This document shows, piece after piece, positions 1 through 11,943 of a DNA stretch of 45,511 nucleotides. The notes below the pieces were generated by a model, which worked only from the letters and a program-made list of their open reading frames with translations, had not been told where the DNA came from and searched no databases. The DNA is from Chiloscyllium plagiosum (taxonomy: Eukaryota), in NCBI RefSeq assembly GCF_004010195.1, contig NC_057753.1, positions 8,403,309 to 8,448,819 of the forward strand, given 5' to 3'. Position 1 is the first letter of the stretch. Every line of letters starts with the position of its first letter. A program made the translations under genes and the position numbers.

Positions 1-1073
1 GTTCTAAAATTCGCTGGAAGGTCGTAGTCAGAGGGTACTGGTGGTGTATTGTTTTTCAGGCTGGAGACATGTGACCAGTGGTGTACCACAATAATCAGTG
101 CCGAGGGCGTTGCTTTCTGCCGTTTATAGAAATGACTTGGATGTGAATATCAGAAAAACAATTTTGCAGATTTCAACAAAACGCACAGTGTAGTGGTTGG
201 TGATGAACTTCAACTCTGAGCACAATGGAACCTTGACCAGATTGGAGGAGGAGCCGAGAAGGAGCAGATCGAGACCAGTTCAGGAAAATTGAGGTGTTGT
301 ACTTTCGTAATGTAAATTGTGGCAGGATTCTACACTTAATGGTCGGGCGTTGGGAAGTGCACTAAAGAAAGAGACTGTGGGGTACATGTTCATATCTCCT
401 TGAAGGTCGATGCACAGGTAGACAGATTCGTGAAGAAGATGTTTGGTACACTTACCTTTATTGGTCAGTGCATTGAGTATAGAAGTTCTGATGTCATGTT
501 GTGGCTGTGCAGCAAATTGGTTCGGCCACTTTTGAAATACTGTTTTTAATTCTGGTCTTCCTGTGCTGTCAGAAATATGTTGTTGAAGTTGACAGGGTGT
601 TGAAAATGTTTACAATGATGTTGCCGGGTTTGGGACATTTGACAGAAATGGGGAAGATGATGGACTTTTTTCTCTCTGGAACATCGGTGGCGAAGAGGTG
701 CCTTATAAAGCAGTCTACAATCATGAGGAACATGGATCAGGAGAACAGCCATTTTCTTTACACACAGGGCAAGGGAGTCCACAACTAGACGGCATAGGTT
801 CTAGTTGAGAGAGGGAAGACACAAAAGCGACCAGGGATCACTTTTCTCCCACAGTCGGTTGCCTGTATATGGAATGAACTGCTAGAGTAGTCGTGAAGAC
901 TGGTACAAATGTAACATTTAAAACACATCTGGATGTGGCCACGAATAAGAATTGTTTGGAGGGATAGGTTTTAAATGCTGTCGAAAGGGACTACATTAAT
1001 TTAGATTATCTGGCACACATGGACGAGTGGATTGAAGGGTCTATCCTGGTGCTGTACCACTCTATGAATATGA
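1..1073 (+). mobile_element. CR1-clade LINE, degraded 3' part of ORF2 (RT) plus 3' UTR and tail
   Basis: Decayed frames give VTSGVPQ-like (gtgaccagtggtgtaccaca), RPLLKYC..FWS and WNELL motifs. The copy ends in a ctctatgaatatga-type tail. Confidence 0.9.
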
Positions 1074-1199
1074 GAAACCCGAAGTCTCACAGGTGCTGAA
1101 AGAATGGTATCTCCAAAGAATCGTTTATATATTGACTTCCACAACTAAAGACAGACAACCAAGAAACACCACAACAATTCATTACATGAAGACAATCTG

Positions 1200-1325
1200 G
1201 CATGAAGAAGGGTTACACTCGAAACGGAGACTTCTGCACCTCCTGATGTTGCTTGGCTTACTGTGTTCTTCCATTCTCCTGCCTGTCTACTTTGGATTCC
1301 AGCATCTGCAGTTTTTTTTTGTCTG
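1200..1325 (+). mobile_element. Penelope-like element pLTR 3' end, with degraded hammerhead motif
   Basis: atgaagaagggttacactcgaaac...ttccagcatctgcagttttttt matches the better-preserved copies at 35.9 kb and 42.2 kb. Confidence 0.7.
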
Positions 1326-1491
1326 GAATAGATTCAAAAACAGCATGTCGAGTGGAATTTCGCAGATCCTTTTTGCAAGTTGAACAAATGTAGTTTTGAT
1401 TGCCTCTGCCGAGAGGTAATTTCTATATTCAATTATCGCTGTGATTGACGCGATTAAATTGAATTCAAAGGATTGTGCGAGCATGATCTGT

Positions 1492-1545
1492 AGAACTGGC
1501 CCTCGGATTAAAATGCTGCTATTCAACCGACTGAACTACCAGGAC
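1492..1545 (-). pseudogene. tRNA-Lys(TTT) pseudogene or tRNA-Lys-derived fragment, 3' truncated
   Basis: Minus strand GTCCTGGTAGTTCAGTCGGTTGAATAGCAGCATTTTAATCCGAGGGCCAG aligns without gaps at 35/46 positions to vertebrate tRNA-Lys(UUU) as recalled (GCCCGGATAGCTCAGTCGGTAGAGCATCAGACTTTTAATCTGAGGG). The T-arm and 3' acceptor strand are missing. Confidence 0.7.
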
Positions 1546-2633
1546 TCCCTGCTGCTGGCCGCTATCTTCTCTTCTCCAGGTCAGTTCCGAATTGGCAGTT
1601 GTTGGTCTGGTCAGCGATGTTCACGTCTCAGAAATATTTCTTTAAAAAGATTTGCCTTTCAAAGTAAATGGAAGCTGCAGACTGAACACGAGACAGAACT
1701 GGTCTAGCAGAGACTTATAGACTCAGAATCAATGTATCCATCACCTTTGTTTGACTGATAATGCCTCCACACTCACATCCAGTAACCAGGGTTGACAGGT
1801 TCAAAATGTACCTCAAACAGAGCCAGTTAGTTAGAGATGTAAAATGAATCTCACATCCAGAAACTGGAAGACAGAAGGTCCGATAAAAATTCGTCTCACC
1901 TTCACATTTGAAACAACGGGCTGGCAGTTTTCACTCAGCTTCTGAAGTATTGGCTGCTATTAGGAAACTTGGTACAAGATGATCTGCATAGTTAATATTC
2001 ATAAGGCCAGCCCTCTACGTCTAAAATAATGTTAGTAATGTTCCCTCCGTTGAGTTCCTCGCTAATCTGAACGTTTCCTGACACAGAATGTGTTGTTATT
2101 TACCAGCTAGAACAGCACCTCCCACAGACTGACATTGTTTCATAAAATATTTGGAAAATATTTAATTTAACTCGTGGACTTCTGATAGCAAGCAATTTAA
2201 TGTTAACACTGGTAGGAAAAGAATTGTATTATTTACAATGCAGTTTAAATGACAAGAGTTACATGTATATTGTGATCCCAAAATCAAATAAATAAAAAAA
2301 TGAAATTAACTGAAGGCACAATAATTATGTTTTTTAATGTAGCGTGCAATACATTGGATTAGTTTGGGTAATTGATTTTTTTTTCATTTATTTATCTGGA
2401 AAATATTCAAACGATTATTGTGGTGATTGTGTTAAAAGTGGAATTTGCAATGATTATCCAATGAAAGACAATTGTATACTAATTACTTACTGCTGTCATT
2501 GTGTGAAATATTAATATGATTCTTCCTCAGTTCCTTGGATTGAAATATAATATCATCTTTTCTATGATTGTTGGACAATATTTTAGATAGTTTGTGCAAT
2601 TCATGGAGAAAACGATCATTGGAAATAATATTT

Positions 2634-3667
2634 GATGGGAAATGTTCATCCTCGTGATCAGTTACTATTGGTGTAACACAAGGATCTGCTTTGGGGTCAC
2701 TGCTGTTTGTCATTTTTAGAATTGACCTGGATGAGGGTGTAGAAGGATGGATTAGTAAATTTGCGGATGACACGAAGGCCGTTTGAGTTGTGGAAAGTGT
2801 GGAAGCATGTTTTAGGTTACAGAGGGGCATAGCTAAGCTGCAGAGCTGCGCTGAGAGGTGGGCAATGGAATTTAAAGCGGAAAATTGTGAGATGATTCAC
2901 TTTGGAAGAAAGAAAAGGAATGCAGAGTGGTGGGCTAATAGTAAGATTCTTGGCAGTGTGGATGAGCAAAGAGATCTCGATGTCCATGTCCATGTTTCCC
3001 TGAAAGTTGACATCCAGGTCATAGTGTTGTTAAGAAGGCATACAGTGTTTCAGTTTTTATTGGTTGAGGGATTGAATTTCGGAGCCATGAGGTCATGTTG
3101 CAGCTGTACAAAACTCTGGTGCGGCCACACTTGGAGTATTGCCTACAGTCCTGGTCGCCACATTATAGGATGGATGTGGAAGCATCAGGAATGGTGCAGA
3201 GGAGATTTACCAGGATATTGCCTGGTATGAAAGGACGGTCTTATGAGAGTAAAAGCTGAGGTACTTGAGGCTGTTTTCGTTAGAAGGAAGTGGATTGAGA
3301 GATTACTTAATAGAGACATGTAAGATAATTAGAGGATTAGGTAGGGTGGAGAGTGAAAGCCTTATTTCATCGGATGGTGATGGCTAGCGTGAAGGGTCGT
3401 AAGTTTAAACTGAGGGGTGATAGATATAGGACAGAGAGCAGACGTAGATTCTTTACTCAGAGAGTAGTAAGGGTGTGGAACATCTGGCCTGGAACAGTCG
3501 TAGACTTGCCAATTGTAACGGCTTTTAAATGGCCATTGGATAAACATATGGATGATATTGGAATAGTGTAGGTTAGATGGGCTTCAGATTGGTTCCAGAG
3601 GTCGACGGCACATCGAGGACCGAAGGGCCTGGACTGCACTGTAATGTTCGATTTTCCATGTTCTATC
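2634..3667 (+). mobile_element. CR1 LINE, 5'-truncated (RT C-terminal half to tail)
   Basis: [20 protein letters not shown] and FFTQRVVRVWN motifs (ORFs 2790-3230 and 3353-3571), followed by a tgttctat-type tail. Confidence 0.92.
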
Positions 3668-4764
3668 TTCTGTACTAGAGGGATTCTACGAATCTGTAAA
3701 TGGTGTCCTTTTTTATGATAAACACGGCTGCGGTACCAATGAATTTCTGCAACGTTCTATGTTCTATTTTCTATTCTTCTTCTTCATTCGGGTTCTTGTG
3801 CAAGGCACGTTAAAAGGTGGGTTAGTATTGACAGGCATAATAATTCAATGTTTTACAAATGTTTGCAGAAATAATAATTCGATATTCAAACTGAGCAGTT
3901 AAATAGGTTTACTTCGATTTTTGAATGCAACAATTTAAAAATTATGTAATAATTGGAACAAACAAGAAGAAAATCTAAACGTTTCTAATGTTCTTAACAA
4001 TAACTTTACCTTCATTTTATATATCAATAGATCAGAAAGGTGTACTGTGAGTATTAAAGTGATAGTTACGTGACTGTTTTATGAAATAGAATCATTAGAA
4101 ACCAACCACAATTATTGGAATTAACAATATTTCATTGCTTGAAACATTGCTTGCATTGAAAATTCATTTTTATTTGCTGTTATTAAAATCAGGCGTCATT
4201 CATTGCAGCTAAAGAATAAAGAGTTGCAATGAAGTTAGAAATGTTCAATAAACATTGATTTGACTGTACTGTGATATCTAACCCGAACAACATTTGGACA
4301 TATCATTGAATTATTGCATTGGGAATTCTTAGATATGTAACGTGAGTATTGAAATGAAAATAATTTGATATATCTATGATGTTCCGTACGAAGAATATTC
4401 AGAAAGAAATTTGATCATGATTTGATAATTTCAAAAGTATAAACTTGAGACATTTAGAAGACTTTCAGACAAGAAATAACGATGCATAGACTGCTACTTA
4501 TAGTCAGACATTTGTTCAGAAATTTACTGCAACTATATCATTGATAAGGGCTGAATAATCACGCAGACCAACTTATCTTTCTCACTCTATTAGCTTACAA
4601 TTACGTTAATGCAGTCGAAAATTATTTTATTTGCCGCTTACAAAATAAGGATCCACAATAATAATTAGGAACCCATTGTGAATATGCATTGATCATTTAA
4701 TAGGCATTGATTGGAATTGATTAACTACATATTTACTGAGATTAATTAAAAGAAGAAACAGAAT

Positions 4765-4865
4765 TGCGATTGCTGTAAATCAGAGTCGGCCATAAAATGC
4801 TGTAAAGACTCGACAAGTTTGGCATCATCTGTGGAGAGAAATAAGATTAACGTGTCGGATCCTGC
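4765..4865 (-). mobile_element. Degraded Penelope-like pLTR end fragment
   Basis: ggcatcatctgtggagagaaataagattaacgtgtcgg resembles the fragments at about 6200-6280 and 17690-17750. Confidence 0.45.
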
Positions 4866-5239
4866 AATTGATGATGTGGACTTTAAATCCCCTTGATTTA
4901 AAGTGACAGCTTGGCCGCATTAGACATTCTAGAACACATATGAAGCAATGAACGAGTTTCAAATTGTTCTCATGGACTGAGCGTCCTACTCTCAGATATT
5001 ACTTTGCAAAAAGAATTACAGTGTGAGAAAGTGGGAAGTTTATGAGAATTATAGATTAATGTTTGTGGATTAGTTGGGGAGAAGGGTTGGGGTGAATTCG
5101 AAAGTTGAATCTGAAGGCACAGCTGCTGTTTGAAGTTAGTCTGTCTCTCGGTCCAAATTTTATTTGCAGCCTCACATCCCCACGAATCTCCTATCCACTT
5201 CAAGCATTTCGAAAATCCCAACAAGTTCAGTAATCTGAT

Positions 5240-5580
5240 CAGACAGAGAGATGTTTCATAGATACAGGGGTTGACAGGGACAGATAAAAGGGGCAGGGAG
5301 AGAGCGATACAGAGAATGGGGGATAGAGAGAGAAAGGGCAGAGTGAGAGAGACAGAGAGGGACAAAGGGAGAGAAAGAGAGAGGCCAGAGAGAGAGAGAA
5401 AGAGAGGGAGGGACAGAGAGAGTGTGAGAGAAAGGGACAGAGAGAGATAGAGAAGATCAGAGACAGATGTAGAGGAACAGAAAGAGAGAGAGAGAGAGGC
5501 AAACGGATAAAGAAAGAGAATGGTTCAGAGAGAGAGAGAGAGAGACAGAGAAAGAGGGAGACAGAGAGAGAGAGAGAGAG
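5240..5580. repeat. GA-rich microsatellite / low-complexity tract
   Basis: Runs of (GA)n and (GACA)n are visible directly. Confidence 0.95.
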
Positions 5581-5649
5581 TCAGCATTTTGGCTGACTGC
5601 CAATCTCTTTCTAGTTAAATAATGTGCAGGGTTACAGGGAAAAAGCGGT

Positions 5650-5870
5650 AATCATCCGAAGCCCTTGTGAATGCCTCAATTGAACCTGCCTACACTACAC
5701 TTCCAGGCAGAGCAATCCAGACCCTAATTACTTACTGTCTGAAAGGATTTTTTTTTGCCTTGTATTTACTTATTTCGCAAAACAAAAACTGTGCCTTCTG
5801 GTTCGTGATCCTCTTTTGAGGGCACAGTTTTCCTTTGTCAATTTTGTCTACTTTTCCCTGTCTACTGCCA
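5650..5870 (-). mobile_element. Old CR1 3' fragment
   Basis: The reverse strand gives an SFQTVSN/W..LPGSVV.AGSIEAF-like version of the CR1 C-terminal FFxQRVV..WN.LP..VVEAGSI motif. Confidence 0.6.
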
Positions 5871-6019
5871 TTTAATAACAAGGAAAACTGAGTAAAACTT
5901 GAGAATGATGCTTACTGGTCCAATCTGTTTTGTATACTTTGGAACAGTGCTCCAGTATGACCAAATTTCTTTCCAAGCACTGCTGTTTTATTCAAACTAC
6001 TTTTTCCTCTTTTGGAATG

Positions 6020-6620
6020 TGCTTAACTCTCCTTTCCTGTCTGCCATCCTCCATAACCAGCAACTCCTTAAAATGTATGTAGAGACAACTCAAGGTCTGA
6101 GGTAAAACAAAGTATCTAATTCTGAGAATCTCTCCTTGACCATTCACACTCTGCTGAAGAGAACTCAGCTAAGATGCCAGGATCAAACATGATCAAAAAT
6201 TTCCGTAGAATAACAGCAGCTTTGGCAGTATCTGTGGGGAGAATACTGAGTTAACATTTCGAGTCTGATGACTTGTCAGATTGCCTGGATACCTGATGAA
6301 AGCTTGCCAACAAAGACTCTTCCATAGCAAGCTAATTGAGAGAAACATTCACACATAGGCCATTAAAAGCACTTCAAGGAGGCAGTGAAGGTTTCACTGA
6401 AGAGTTTCAACTTCACCAGAAGACACGGCAGAACCTATCAGAGGTTCGACGTTGCACAATATCGTCAACAAAAGTGCCATGTCCAATGAACAGAATAGAA
6501 TTTCACTTGCCAATAGGAAGTCGGCCACGTAAATTCAGAGGCTCAAGCACTTTCTCACCAACAATACATGTGTGTCGTTAATACAACAGATAAAAGTTTA
6601 AATTGGACTGCAGTCATCTA
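6020..6620 (+). mobile_element. RTE-clade LINE, degraded ORF C-terminus, interrupted by a short Penelope-like end at about 6195-6280
   Basis: Decayed frames give TIHTLLKRTQLR, PDESLP, KHFKEAVKVSLKSFNF and IGL.SHL. These match the RTE/BovB C-terminus (QLRW.GHV.RMPD.RLP...KRFKD.LK.SLK.F...IGL.SHL). Confidence 0.65.
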
Positions 6621-6712
6621 TAAACGTTTTGGTACTTAAATCTTAACTCAATGAATTTAACTTGATGTCATGGTCATCTTAGATTATGAAGGACCTGCAG
6701 AACCTCCTTCTT

Positions 6713-7510
6713 TGTGACACCTTTCTGAAATTAGTGACTTCTTCAGTTTTCTCCGGTTTCAATGGGCATGCCCCACTCTTGGTATGAAGATGTAGGAATA
6801 CTGAAGAGTGTGGAAAAGCTAGCAAGGACTTAGAGAAGCACACAGACTACTTAAAATTTAAAACATAACATCTGGTTGAACAGCTTGATTAGCTGGGTTG
6901 TCTGGATACAAAAACAAATTTGAATTCGGCAAATCACTTTAAATTATGTCCCAAGATTCCAAACTCCAATCAAGTTTAAATATAGTATTTTGACAATATT
7001 AAAATCAATGAAACAATCCGATGTTTTATGGTATAACTATCAGACATTTTGGAACAGTTAGCTAGAGTGGCAAAGAGAACTGCCAAGCACCAACAATTAG
7101 AGAGAGACTGCTTGCATAAATATCTGCTCTTAAAGGTACCTTTATCTGTCAACGACTTGTGGAACAGAACTAAGAAGAAGAAAAGAAGACAGAGGAAAAT
7201 ACAGAGGACACTCAGTGAGCTGACTGGTTCAGAAAAGTGATTTTTGTTTGGAAAATCATAATCGGGATTTGTTTTAATCAGGCCAGTAATATAGAGGGAA
7301 AGGTAAAATATAGGTTTAGAGAGAGGAGTTATAAATAGTTGTTAGTTAATATTTTCTGTTAGACTTTAAAATGTTGTTAATTTTTACTTTAAATAGTGAC
7401 CTCTGGGATAATTCTTTGCCTCTCGAATTTTAACAGATGACAGCAAGGGCTGAATCTTTTCTGTGGTGCTGGTTTAAATTAGCAGAGGAGGTTTACATCA
7501 TGTCATAACA
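6713..7510 (+). mobile_element. Probable solo LTR (Gypsy-type)
   Basis: Ends in GTCATAACA. The candidate start TGTGACA equals the start of the LTR at 23313 on the minus strand, and the length is similar (about 800 bp). There is no clean TSD, so the left boundary is uncertain. Confidence 0.4.
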
Positions 7511-7934
7511 CTCTGTAGCACTCACACTGAGAAAGAAAAATGCATACATTTTCAGCAATCAATATTTAATGTTTATTTCAAACTTTGGAAAGCATTTAGG
7601 TTGACTTTTATCCCATGTTAATTGGGATGGAAAGTGAAATAAGTTGCTCAAAATGAGATACTTGAAGTATAAAGGTAACATTTTATTCATATGGCTGGGA
7701 AGCAGCTAGTGTGTGATCTTGAAGTCAATAATTCATTCAAACAGTTTCAGCTGAGGCAGTGCAAATGGTTGTAATGCCACCAGGAATCTTTCAAGGTGGA
7801 AGTTCAGCAAAGTACAAATTTCTGACTTGGATGGCCAGAACAGCAACTTGAACTGTTTCTGTCATTTGTGCCTTTCCTTTTGCATCAAAGGTTTTTCTGG
7901 ATTTTCTGTGGACGGTTGAAACCTTGGGTATCAC

Positions 7935-8383
7935 GACCTGGGCCAGTAATAGTTATGAGGAGAGAATGGACAAATTGAATTGTTTTAACTTGAACATCGG
8001 AGGCTGAGAGATGATCTTATATAATTTTATGAAGTTATGAGAGGCATGTATAGAGTGGCTAGTTGGAGTCTTTCCCCAGGGTAGAGAAATGTTTATATAC
8101 TCATGGACATAGGGTTACAGTAAAAAGGCAGAAAATTTAAAAGGGATATGAGAGGCTTTTTTTTCAACACAGAGAATGGTAAGGGCCTGGAATGAGCTGC
8201 CAGCAGAGGTGATATAAGCCAATACAACAGCAACATTTAAGAGGTGTCTTGAATAAGCAGGGAATAAGGGAATATGGACTGCATAAAGGCAAAAGGTAAT
8301 TCGTTTCGAAAAGCATCATGTGTCAGTGTATACTTAGTGGGCCAAAAGGTCCTGTTCCTGTGCTGTACTGTTCCTTGTTCTTT
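7935..8383 (+). mobile_element. CR1 3' fragment with tail
   Basis: SYEERMDKL, RRLRDDLI and TQRMVRAWNELP motifs, then gtgctgtactgttccttgttc. Confidence 0.85.
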
Positions 8384-8489
8384 ACACTTTAGAGATATCT
8401 AAATTGAAATAAGTTGTGTAAAGGTGCTGTCCCCAACAATGTCAATAATTTTATCTTAAGGACCTGCTGTGATCACTGCGATCATACAA

Positions 8490-8757
8490 GATCACAAGAA
8501 ATACAAGGAATGGGTGATTTGACCTGTTGAGCCTCCTCAACTACTTAATATGTTTATGGCTTGTGTCGGGTCTTAATTCTAATTTCTTGCCTGCTTCCCA
8601 TAATTCCCTCATTCTCTGAGGAATCAAAAGTATGCCTATCCGAGCCTTAAATGTATTCAGTGATGTATGGGGTTCAGAATTCTATGGATTCAAACCCCTT
8701 TGAATGAAGACATTTCTCCTCATCTCAGTCCTAATTGTTTGGACCCTTAATCTTAAA
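8490..8757 (-). mobile_element. CR1 3' fragment
   Basis: The reverse strand reads LRLRVQTIRTEMRRNVFIQRGLN, the CR1 ORF2 C-terminus. Confidence 0.75.
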
Positions 8758-8759
8758 AC

Positions 8760-9555
8760 TGAGAGACAGAGACAGAGAGAGAGACAGAGAGAGAGATAGA
8801 GAGAGAAACAGAGACACAGAGACGGAGAAATAAACAAACACACACATACACATGCACATACAGTCACAGGGACATGGGCACATGGACACGGATACACATG
8901 GGCATGTATTGACACGGACACTGGAAGAAGCAGGAGCAGAGTTAGGGGCGACGGGGAGAGCGAGAGAGAGAAATTGACAGACACGAGGACCGAAGGAGCG
9001 GGAGATAGAGGGATAGAGAGAGGAGATCGGGGTTGAGAGAGAGGGAGAGAGACAGAGAGAGAGAGGGAAATAGAAATGGAGGTAGACAGTGAGGGGGTGG
9101 AGAGAGACAAACAGACACTGACAGAGCAAGGGTCATTGCGGGACAGAGAGCATGGGACACTGTGTATCAGAGCTAGAGCGAACATGTGATTGAGGGAGAC
9201 AGAGATGGATAGAAAGATCGATAGACGAAGATAATGATGATCAGTAATAGACCAGCGAGACAGAGGCACAGAGAGTGAGAGAAGCTAAGAGGGGAAGCTG
9301 AAGGACAGTGAATGAGTAAACATTGGAAGTGCGATAATGAAAGCAAGGGAGCGGTGCGACAGGAAAAGAGAGAGATAGAGAGAGAGAAATGGACAGTGAG
9401 ATACATACAAAGGGACACTGAGAGACCAGACTGTGAGGGGAAAGAGTAATGAAAGGACAGGAGGTGGAATACAGTGAGAAAGAGAATGAAGGGTGACAGT
9501 GAGTGACACAGAGAGAACGGTGGACTGTAGGACAGAGAGCATGATACTGTGAAAA

Positions 9556-9588
<33 letters not shown>

Positions 9589-10100
9589 AGAGACAGCCTG
9601 AGAGAGAAAGACAGTGAGACAGAGAGAAGGAGGTGCATTGGGAGTGAGGACAACATTGGGAGATAGAGGCAAGGACCATGAGAAGTAGAAACAAACAGTG
9701 AATGAGGGGGAGAGAGGGCGTGACAGAGATATATAGATAGATAGATAGACAGAGAGACAGACATACACACACACACGCGCACACGCACAGATAGAGGAAG
9801 GGAGACTGTGTGTGCGTTGTGTGCGCATAAGCACACATAAGTAAGAGAAAGAGAGAAGGAGAGGAAGATGGACATGTACAGACAAGGGCAGAGTGTGAGA
9901 GAGGGACAGAGAGCGAGAGAAAGGGACAGGCAGAGAGTGCATTAAATAGAGTTCAGGAGAGACGGACAGTGACAGAGTGACACCGAGGGGGAAAAGACAT
10001 TCAGAGGGTTGATGATGGAAGTATGGGAAACAAACAGAGATATGGCGGGTGATAGAAAGAGGGATAGAGAGAGAGCAGACAGAGAGAGAGAGCAAGGACA
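8760..10100. repeat. 1.3-kb purine-rich (GA/GACA/GATA/CA) low-complexity tract
   Basis: Visible directly. It is the source of the Leu/Ser-rich spurious ORFs on the minus strand. Confidence 0.95.
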
Positions 10101-10256
10101 GTGTGACTTAAACTCATTGCCTGAATTTGACGCCAGCCCCCTCTCTTTCACTGATGACCAGGATTTGGGGCTGAGTCAGTCTCTTCCCAGCTCAATTTCT
10201 TCAACACAAAGCAAAACAGAGCTAGCTCTGTAACTTGGTATTTTTAATGAACGTTT

Positions 10257-10262
10257 TTTATT
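10257..10262 (-). terminator. Candidate polyadenylation signal (AATAAA) of the GPCR gene
   Basis: AATAAA lies on the minus strand about 210 nt past the stop codon, with ATTAAA at 10248-10243. The evidence is motif and position only. Confidence 0.45.
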
Positions 10263-10468
10263 ATATTAAAATTCAAGTTATGAATACAATCAGTGGAGTG
10301 GTGTGTTCTCTCACTGGCCGCTAAGTTGAGAGAAATCTTGAAATTAGACCCTTTAACATGTGTGATCAGTTTGGCAAACCCAACACTACCCTCAGTCGTT
10401 TACGATAGTGACATGCTGTTTCCTTACTGAAACATTGAATTGGAATGACAAAATCGTGAATGGATTGA

Positions 10469-11377
10469 CTAATTCGTCAATTTAATTGATTGATTGATTT
10501 GAATAAAGGGATATTTCAGCAAATTCTTCAGCTGTTGTCTGAACTTAGTCTGAGTCACAGCATAAATCGCAGTATTTGTGCAGCAACTGAGCAGCTGAAG
10601 CATGAAGCCCAATTCCTGCACGTAGCCACTTAGATACACAGACCGATACCCAATATTATACATCCGGTACAATATAGAATACAACATTAACATGGACCAT
10701 AACAAGATGAAATTGGCCGAGATCACAAAGAGTAAAATGATGGACCTTTTTCGATTTTGCATTTCTGTGTCACACTGAACGTCCCCATTAATGTGAGCCC
10801 GAAGTCTCCTGCGGGCTCTGCTGGTCACTAAAATCTGCCTGATAGTGAAAACATTGAGCAGCAGAATCAGGAGAAATGGGAGAGTTGGGGTTAGAATGTT
10901 GTGAAGGAACTCGATTGTGACCCAGGCACGAGAGGTCCGAACACCGTCTGTTACGTCACAAAACCAGGGGTCATTCCCCAGCCGATACCGACCCTTGAAC
11001 ATAAAATACCAGAAAATATTCTTTAAACAAGTCAGCACAGTCACTGCTCCCAGAACCACAGCCGCTGTTTTCCCCCCGCAATATTTGCATTTCAGCTTCT
11101 GGCAACAAATGGCCACAAATCGATCAAAGGTGAAAATGACAGTGAACCAGACAGAACAGTCAGTGACAATGTAAAGCAGGACGGCATGGATATTACACAC
11201 GGGAATGGATGCCAGGAAATAAAATTGTTCCTTATAAACAATTGGAATGTGTCTCAATAACAAAATCAAGGATAACGACCAGTAGATCTGCAAGTGCCAT
11301 GGCTGCCAGGTAACGACTGACACATAGAGACAATCCACAATCTTTATAAACGAGGATGACCATCGTCACTACATTAA
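10469..11377 (-). CDS. GPR139-like: GPR139-like GPCR, coding exon 2 (end of TM1 through TM7 and C-tail); frameshift at 11262-11265
   Basis: Acceptor tttgcttgtcttcaacacAG|TT. The exon reads NVVTMVILVYKDCGLSLCVSRYLAAMALADLLVVILD, then after the extra T: LLLRHIP..PVC..DCSVWFTVIFTFDRFVAICC..WFC..LPFLLILLLN..FILLW..SCCTNTAIY, ending at TAG 10471-10469. It is a family member, not necessarily the GPR139 orthologue. Confidence 0.92.
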
Positions 11378-11943
11378 CTGTGTTGAAGACAAGCAAACTA
11401 ATTATACATCAGTCTGGAAGTCAAGTTACCAATTTGGTTGAGAACTTATTTCGGTTTTAAAATGAGCCACTGTATTCATAAATAAAATGAAATATTCGGA
11501 GCTGAAATGAGAAGTGGGAATATCTGAATTATTTACAAAACGTGATGTAAAACGCACGAAACACCCGTTCCCAAACACAAAGACACACACCCATAAGAAC
11601 AGATGATTTCTAGAATATTTCCATGCACTCAAGCACTCGAAAGCAGATACAGGTCATCTCTTGATCGTTCTGAATACGAAGGGTAAAAACACTACCATTC
11701 CAAAGGATTTTCTCCACTTACTTAAAGTCAAACAGAGGTCGGAAATTCCTATCTGTCATTGCAAATTGTGACTTATCCTCTGCAATAAAGAAACGTAAAC
11801 GCTAGGTAATTTGTTATTAATCACTTTAACTGTCTGCGTGGACTTCAAAATTGTGTCTCGTTCTCCCTGGATTGGGATATGGTCCCTCTGGATCTTTTAA
11901 TGTGTTCAATTAGCTGATGTTCAGCCATTCACAAATCATGACA

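Noticed and set aside
2150..2200. Faint similarity (aatatt..tcgtgga.ttct..tagc) to the GPCR upstream region, hinting at a second GPCR promoter
   Set aside because: Too short and AT-rich, and no exon-1-like ORF follows.
4881..4903. 9-bp hairpin CTTTAAATC/GATTTAAAG
   Set aside because: Short and AT-rich, so expected by chance in 45 kb.
8682..10151. Long Leu/Ser/Cys-rich ORFs (up to 284 aa) on the minus strand, and similar ones at 4970-5502
   Set aside because: They are translations of (TC)n low-complexity DNA, open in several frames at once.
10009..10233. Short + ORF ending ..FDASPLSFTDDQDLGLSQSLPSSISSTQSKTELAL
   Set aside because: It starts inside the microsatellite, with no recognisable domain or splice support. 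Its CTGATGA is not followed by a stem and GAAA, so it is not a hammerhead either.
11264..11338. GTG-initiated N-terminus MDCLYVSVVTWQPWHLQ of the 289-aa ORF
   Set aside because: This is the out-of-frame reading upstream of the frameshift. The real TM1-TM2 sequence is in the adjacent frame and continues to a splice acceptor.
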